NCBI GenBank assembly: GCA_963727825.1
Contig: CAVSHO010000014.1
Span: forward strand, 1-64,000
Direction: 5' to 3'
DNA: 64,000 bases
From: Ignavibacteriota bacterium
GTDB taxonomy: Bacteria > Bacteroidota > Ignavibacteria > UBA10030
Position numbers and translations under genes: made by a program. The first letter of the stretch is position 1. Every line of letters begins with the position of its first letter. Positions 59,144 to 64,000 of this stretch are shown piece by piece. The notes beneath the pieces were generated by a model. That model saw only the letters and a program-made list of their open reading frames with translations. It made no database searches and was not told the DNA's origin.

Positions 59144-59461
59144 ACTATTTACGCACCCAACTTTAGAACCTTCCGAAGGTCTCAGCAGATCTAGTTTGAC
59201 CTTCGGAAGGTAACCTTGTATTCCTCGTTCCCGAGCTCCTTTATCCGCCATTTTGTTGGCGGGGCTTGGGAACGCCACTTCTGAAAGCTCCGCTTTCTTC
59301 CTTGTTACGAAGCAGAGCTTCAACCACTTCCGTTCCCAACAACTTGCCCGACATTCTTTGTGGCGGGGATGTTGGGAACAAGATAACTATTTACGCACCC
59401 AACTTTAGAACCTTCCGAAGGTCACAGCAGATCTAATTTGACCTTCGGAAGGTAACCTTGT
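59143..59461 (+). repeat. 77-bp direct repeat (59143-59219 and 59385-59461) containing the ACCTTCCGAAGGT palindrome
   Basis: Two copies 242 bp apart with two mismatches. Confidence 0.92.
59224..59382 (+). mobile_element. CTCGTTCCC…GGGAACGAG-type MITE/REPIN with two nested 25-nt palindromes
   Basis: Colinear with 61471-61580 except for inserts at 59239-59263 and 59343-59367. Confidence 0.85.
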
Positions 59462-59462
59462 G

Positions 59463-59606
59463 ATGACTGATATTTATGGTTTTAAGCATACTTATTATAC
59501 TAGTTCTGATACTGTTATTGACGGCAAGAACGCATCTACTCCAGCAGGAACAAATACTAATACTGCTACTTCATCATCTTATAAGAGTATCAGTATGGAG
59601 ATATAA
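59463..59606 (+). pseudogene. Probable 3' fragment of a foreign gene truncated at the repeat
   Basis: Open frame MTDIYGFKHTYYTSSDTVIDGKNAST…MEI* beginning at the repeat boundary, followed by a T7 run (59620-59626). Confidence 0.4.
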
Positions 59607-59624
59607 TAGTACAATAATATTTTT

Positions 59625-61000
59625 TTAGTTATATTTCTTGTGCCTTTATAGTTTCTCGATTTTGTTAATGGTATCATGTGCTTGTTGCACCTTGATATGA
59701 ATGCCTCATCTTCAGGAATAATATATGGTCCACGCCTCTGTTGTGACAGAACCATATCCTACATCTTCTTTTCTTGAGGAGGTTCCACCAGTTGCATATT
59801 GAGTTCTCTGCAGTTCATGACACATCAGGAGCCATACAGGTACCTGTCAGCCATGCCATGCGAGGTGTTTAATCCAACAATATACCTCTTAGGCCTATTA
59901 TCAGCAAACATCTCTTCGAGATATGTTGTTCCATCTTGTCCACCCACTGGTGATGTTACATCGTCTTTAGCATAGATTAAATCTATTGCTGTAAAGTCTG
60001 TCCCCTTATAAGATTGGTTTACAATAACATATTTTGCAGTCTTATCAGTCTTATTCCATGAATCCACAGCACCCTTAACAAATGCCCACCATGCTGCAGG
60101 ACAATTAGCAGAATCCAAAAATAATTGCATAGGATAATGCGGTGTCCGGCATGTTTCAATAGTTGGATTTATATATGTTTGCCAGTATATTTGAAATAAA
60201 TCCAACTCAGTAGTTACATCCGTTGCCAATGGATAGTCTAGATTTCTCTTCGGAAATGCTGCATGATCATAAGTTGTTGTGCCGTCGAATTCATCATCAA
60301 TATATGTTTCAAACCTGTTCTGTGTCGAATCACTAAAAGACATAAAATTAGTAGACGATGTTTTTTTCAGACTACTTGATGTTTTGTCTAAATTTTTTAG
60401 TGCGTTTATCCCGACTTGTTCATGCCCTATAATATCATCCAAGCTAAAGTTTGTATTGTTGCTTACTGCTCCATCTTTTTGGTGTATATATTTTAGTGTG
60501 ACTAGATCTTTTTGAGTCATGATTCTAATGAAGTATACTCCGTTAGCGACTTCTTGTCCGCCGGAATTTTTTCCATCCCATCGTGCAGTATGTATGCCTG
60601 GATGTAGAACATCATCAACAATAGTTTTTACTTCTTGTCCTAGCATGTTGTATACTTGTATTGTTACATGTGTTGTTCCGGGAATATTGTATCCGACTAC
60701 AGATTCACGTCCAGGGTTTGGGAATACTCCTGCACCAAATTTATATGATATTGGAGCCTTATTTTCTACAGCAGTAGGAGTGTCTAGAGTCATCTCATAA
60801 TTTCCTTTAGCATCACTAGTTGCTTTTCCAACTTTACCATTCTACGATGCTTGAACATTTACACCACTAACTGCGCTAGAATCCTCAGCAGAAAATATAT
60901 TACCATGAATAGTTTGAGAATATAATGGAGATGCAGCTATTGCTAAAGCCGCAGCCATCCAAAAAGCTCCACGTTTAATACCTCGTAAGATTTTACTCAT
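59625..61000 (-). pseudogene. Decayed secreted protein: signal peptide, FlgD/T9SS-CTD-like Ig domain and matrixin-like domain
   Basis: MSKILRG…NVQAS is joined in frame through TAG (60842-60844) to NGKVGKATSD…MTLD. It contains FPNP…VYNMLGQEV…WDGKN..G..VANGVYF. A frameshift near 59833 leads to LLMCHELQR…KEDVGY. The 3' end is approximate. Confidence 0.75.
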
Positions 61001-61022
61001 ACAATCATCATAGACGTCAGTA

Positions 61023-61039
61023 TTTATAAACTTTACGGT
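61023..61039 (-). promoter_or_regulatory. Archaeal-style BRE + TATA box
   Basis: ACCGTAAAG-TTTATAAA with the TATA box at -30 to -23 from ATG 61000. Confidence 0.5.
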
Positions 61040-61148
61040 TGTAGTTACTGAGATCATATATAACCTCCCAGCCAAAATACAAAATATTTCTATAGCGGTA
61101 TTTAATTCCGCAAATAAAGTCCCATTTCATATAAGAATTAACCGAATT

Positions 61149-61266
61149 GAGAGGGGATTTTCCCGAAGGGATGGGGACGGCAAGGGGTGTGTCATTTATT
61201 CTTGCGTCCTTGATCTTCCAGCAATCGACTTCACACACCCCTGTGGTCCCCCTCTGGAGAGGGGAC
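61149..61266. repeat. Inverted REP doublet (ACACACCCCT…GAGAGGGGA class) with a nested palindrome
   Basis: GAGAGGGGATTT[TCCCGAAGGGATGGGGAC…]AAGGGGTGTGT … ACACACCCCTGTGGTCCCCCTCTGGAGAGGGGAC. Confidence 0.75.
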
Positions 61267-61268
61267 GT

Positions 61269-61466
61269 TCATCCTTTAGCGTGTGTTATCCGAGCTTCAA
61301 TCCATTCCCGCAACTGCTCAACAATACCATCAACATTGCACTTCACATCCGAATCCCAAAATCGCATTATTGTCAACCCCAACGATTCCAGTTTCTCCTG
61401 TCTAATTCGATCGGCCTATTCCCTTCCGTCATGGGAATCGCCATCTATCTCAAGAATTAATTTCAA
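61269..61466 (-). pseudogene. DUF559 (Vsr-like) endonuclease C-terminal remnant
   Basis: LKLILEIDGDSHDGRE*ADRIRQEKLESLGLTIMRFWDSDV; internal TAG at 61416-61418; the 5' half is replaced by the MITE. Confidence 0.85.
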
Positions 61467-61470
61467 TCAC

Positions 61471-61580
61471 CTCGCTCCCAAGCTCAGCTTGGGAGTGCCA
61501 CTTCTGAAAGCTCCGCTTTCTTCCTTGTTACGAAGCAGAGCTTCAATCACTTCTGTTCCCAACAAGATGTTGGGAACGAG
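61471..61580 (+). mobile_element. CTCGCTCCC…GGGAACGAG MITE/REPIN, 110-bp form without inserts
   Basis: Terminal inverted repeat plus three internal hairpins; homolog of 59224-59382. Confidence 0.85.
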
Positions 61581-61973
61581 ATAGCATCACCATTTTCGTC
61601 ATTTTGAAATATTAATATTTATACCTTCTTAGAAGAAACCAGTTTCTGCCAAAATCCAGGAAATGAGATATCTGCACAATCGGTATTTTCTATAGTAATA
61701 TTAGGAATTCTAAGCCCTGCTACTCCGAATGACATTGCAATCCGATCTTCCTTGTTACGAAGCAGAGCTTCAATCACTTCTGTTCCCAACAAGATGTTGG
61801 GAACGAGATAGCATCACCATTTTCGTCATTTTGAAATATTAATATTTATACCTTCTTAGAAGAAACCAGTTTCTGCCAAAATCCAGGAAATGAGATATCT
61901 GCACAATCGGTATTTTCTATAGTAATATTAGGAATTCTAAGTCCTGCTACTCCGAATGACATTGCAATCCGAT
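61520..61973. repeat. 227-bp tandem duplication of the MITE right half plus the aroA 3' end
   Basis: 61520-61746 equals 61747-61973 except for one base (61715 C vs 61942 T). Confidence 0.95.
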
Positions 61974-63129
61974 GATCACCATAACTAGGAATTAATGCGC
62001 CTGAGTAATTTTTCTTCCCTTCAAAAGCAAATCCATCTTCATATTCTTCTATATCACAGCCCAATAAACGCAGATTATTCACAATAGCATGAATTCGATC
62101 AGTTTCTTTCGTTCTTAGTTCTCGCGCATCGTGAATGCTAAAACTGCCCTCTGCAAATAAAGCTGTAATCGAGAGAATTGGGATTTCATCTATAAGATCA
62201 ACCACTTCTGCACCACGTAGATCAATATTACTTTTCAATTCCGAATATTTGACAACAAGATCACCAATAGGTTCACCTTCGACGATTCTTTCATTTTCAA
62301 CTTGGATATTACCACCCATTGTTTTGAATATATCCAAAATGCGTCTTCGTGTCGGATTAAGCCCGACATTTTGTATTGTGATATTTGATTCCGGCACAAT
62401 CAATCCAGTGGAAAGGAAAAACGCTGCTGCTGACATGTCTCCGGGAACAAAAAACTTCTTACCGTCAATTTTCATATCTGATTGGACTTCAACAACATTG
62501 CAGCCATTTATTGTTGTTGATCTCAAACCGAGCATTCGTTCAGTATGGTCGCGTGTTTTTGAATTTTCAATAACCGTTGTCAGACCGTCAGCAAAAAGAC
62601 CTGCAAAAAGTAACGCAGATTTGACTTGTGCACTTGGTATAGGCAAGGTATATTGAATTGAATGAAGCTGTTCAACTGGTTCAATAAACAGTGGCGCAGT
62701 ATTTGTTTCAGTACCATAAATATTTGCACCCATTTGTCGAAGCGGATCGATGATACGTTTCATTGGCCGCTGGCATAATGAAGAATCTCCAATAAGAACT
62801 GAATTAAATTTTTGTCCAGCAAGAATACCTGAAAGCAATCGCATAGTCGTACCTGAGTTGCCCGCGTTTAATGGCGCGGAAGCTTTCTGCAATCCGCGGC
62901 GTCCTTTACCATAGAATGAAATGTAATTTCCACGCTCGTTGATTTGAATTCCAAGTTGCTTAATACATGAAAGTGTACTAAGAGGGTCTGCAGCGTGCGA
63001 ACACGAGCTTATTTCCGATACACCGTCTGCAATTGCGCCTATCAAAATGGCTCGATGAGAAATGGATTTATCCCCTGGAACTTGTAAAGTTCCCTTAAAT
63101 CCTTTTATCTGTGGTATCGTAAGATTCAT
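61846..63129 (-). CDS. aroA: 3-phosphoshikimate 1-carboxyvinyltransferase (EPSP synthase, class II)
   Basis: PGDKSISHR, GNSGTTMRL, SAQVKS, RDHTE, NPTR, KETDRI, DHRIAM. Confidence 0.97.
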   Translation of the reverse strand: MNLTIPQIKGFKGTLQVPGDKSISHRAILIGAIADGVSEISSCSHAADPLSTLSCIKQLGIQINERGNYISFYGKGRRGLQKASAPLNAGNSGTTMRLLSGILAGQKFNSVLIGDSSLCQRPMKRIIDPLRQMGANIYGTETNTAPLFIEPVEQLHSIQYTLPIPSAQVKSALLFAGLFADGLTTVIENSKTRDHTERMLGLRSTTINGCNVVEVQSDMKIDGKKFFVPGDMSAAAFFLSTGLIVPESNITIQNVGLNPTRRRILDIFKTMGGNIQVENERIVEGEPIGDLVVKYSELKSNIDLRGAEVVDLIDEIPILSITALFAEGSFSIHDARELRTKETDRIHAIVNNLRLLGCDIEEYEDGFAFEGKKNYSGALIPSYGDHRIAMSFGVAGLRIPNITIENTDCADISFPGFWQKLVSSKKV

Positions 63130-63175
63130 AAAAGAAATCCTCACACCGTTTATAAATTGTTTGTGATGTGAGGAT
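63130..63175 (-). terminator. Probable terminator of pnp, abutting the aroA start
   Basis: Stem ATCCTCACA…TGTGAGGAT (long loop) followed by TTCTTTT on the minus strand. Confidence 0.45.
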
Positions 63176-63200
63176 ATGTGCTCCTTGAAGTTGGAAATGG

Positions 63201-64000
63201 TTAACGACGCGGACGCCGGTCGTCCCTGCCTCCATGATGATCTGATTTTTTGCGTTCACGGGAACGCTTCATTTCCTCGCCTGCATTTTCTCCACCAGGC
63301 AGCAATGCTTTATGACTTAGGCTCATTTTCCCATCTGGATCGATGTGCATTAATTTAACTTCAAGAATGTCTCCTACTTTCACAAAGTCGTCCACCTTTT
63401 CAACACGCTGCACATTTAATTGGGAAACGTGTACGAGTCCTTCTTTTCCCGGAAGAATTTCAACGAATGCACCAAAGTCTGTAATCTTTTTTACAGTTGC
63501 TTTATACACTTTATCTATTTCCGGCAATTCAGCAAGACCACGAATATAGAGCATCGCTTTATCTGCAGATTCTTTTTCTACCGCTGCAACTGTAACCGTA
63601 CCGTCATCTTCTACATTGATTTCTGCACCGCTATCCTTGACGAGCTGACGAATATTTTTACCGCCAGGCCCAATCAATGAACCAATCATATCTATCGGGA
63701 TCTTTATAGTTTCCAAACGCGGTGCATACTGAGAAATTTCAGTCCGTGCTGTTGAAAGGCATGTAGCCATTATATCAAGAATATGCATTCGTCCTTCTTT
63801 CGCTTGAGCAAGAGCTTTCTCAAAAATCTCGAATGAAATACCTTTGATCTTAATATCCATTTGGAATGCAGTAATTCCGACATTTGTGCCGGCAACTTTG
63901 AAATCCATATCACCTAAATGATCTTCGTTTCCAAGAATATCACTAAGAATGGCAACCTGATCAGATTCCTTCACTAAACCCATTGCAATACCGGCAACAG
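63201..64000 (-). CDS. pnp: Polyribonucleotide nucleotidyltransferase, C-terminal part; runs off the window end
   Basis: EDHLGDMDFKVAGT, FQMDIK, KH motif IGPGGK, S1 motif FGAFVEILPGKEGLVHVSQL. Confidence 0.97.
   Translation of the reverse strand, partial: VAGIAMGLVKESDQVAILSDILGNEDHLGDMDFKVAGTNVGITAFQMDIKIKGISFEIFEKALAQAKEGRMHILDIMATCLSTARTEISQYAPRLETIKIPIDMIGSLIGPGGKNIRQLVKDSGAEINVEDDGTVTVAAVEKESADKAMLYIRGLAELPEIDKVYKATVKKITDFGAFVEILPGKEGLVHVSQLNVQRVEKVDDFVKVGDILEVKLMHIDPDGKMSLSHKALLPGGENAGEEMKRSRERKKSDHHGGRDDRRPRR

Noticed and set aside
60842-61418. Two in-frame TAG codons in neighbouring genes suggesting amber recoding
   Set aside because: TAG ends normal genes in this window (nuoH, nth, tdk), and the same region also has frameshifts and truncation, so decay is the simpler explanation.
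59143-61973. Palindromic direct repeats that could suggest a CRISPR array
   Set aside because: Only two or three copies with irregular long spacing, no unique 30-40 nt spacers and no cas genes; they are REP/MITE-type repeats.

Overview
This is a low-GC bacterial chromosome segment, most consistent with an FCB-group (Ignavibacteria/Chlorobi-like) organism. That inference rests on T9SS-type cargo proteins, TAnnTTTG promoter elements, bshC and a tmRNA tag of (A)ANYDYALAA. Core genes include nuoGHI, comM/yifB, dusB-polX-nth, tpl, ssrA, purL, mutS2, tnaA, apt, rpe, cdd-tdk-punA-bshC, aroA and the PNPase gene pnp. Three accessory parts are present. (1) A metal-homeostasis cluster at about 6.4-16.4 kb holds two paralogous TonB-dependent receptors. 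One lies behind a DtxR/MntR operator and is frameshifted; the other lies behind a CxxC/His-rich leader ORF ending in RGPP. (2) A co-oriented stretch at about 32-48 kb carries a REP-associated tyrosine transposase (RAYT), a type IIG restriction-modification gene with REP palindromes inserted in frame, and a Zn/Mn uptake operon with a second leader ORF ending in HAPP. Most gene junctions there carry REP/MITE palindromes. (3) A decayed foreign block at about 59.1-62.0 kb lies between two copies of a MITE. Its gene has an archaeal-style BRE/TATA promoter, and local duplications sit next to REP hairpins. The most unusual signals are a layered palindrome system (about 25-nt palindromes nested in the loops of larger REPs, REPs inside ORFs, direct repeats bracketing single genes) and the two putative metal-sensing arrest peptides. 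All family assignments are motif recognition by eye; no database search was run.
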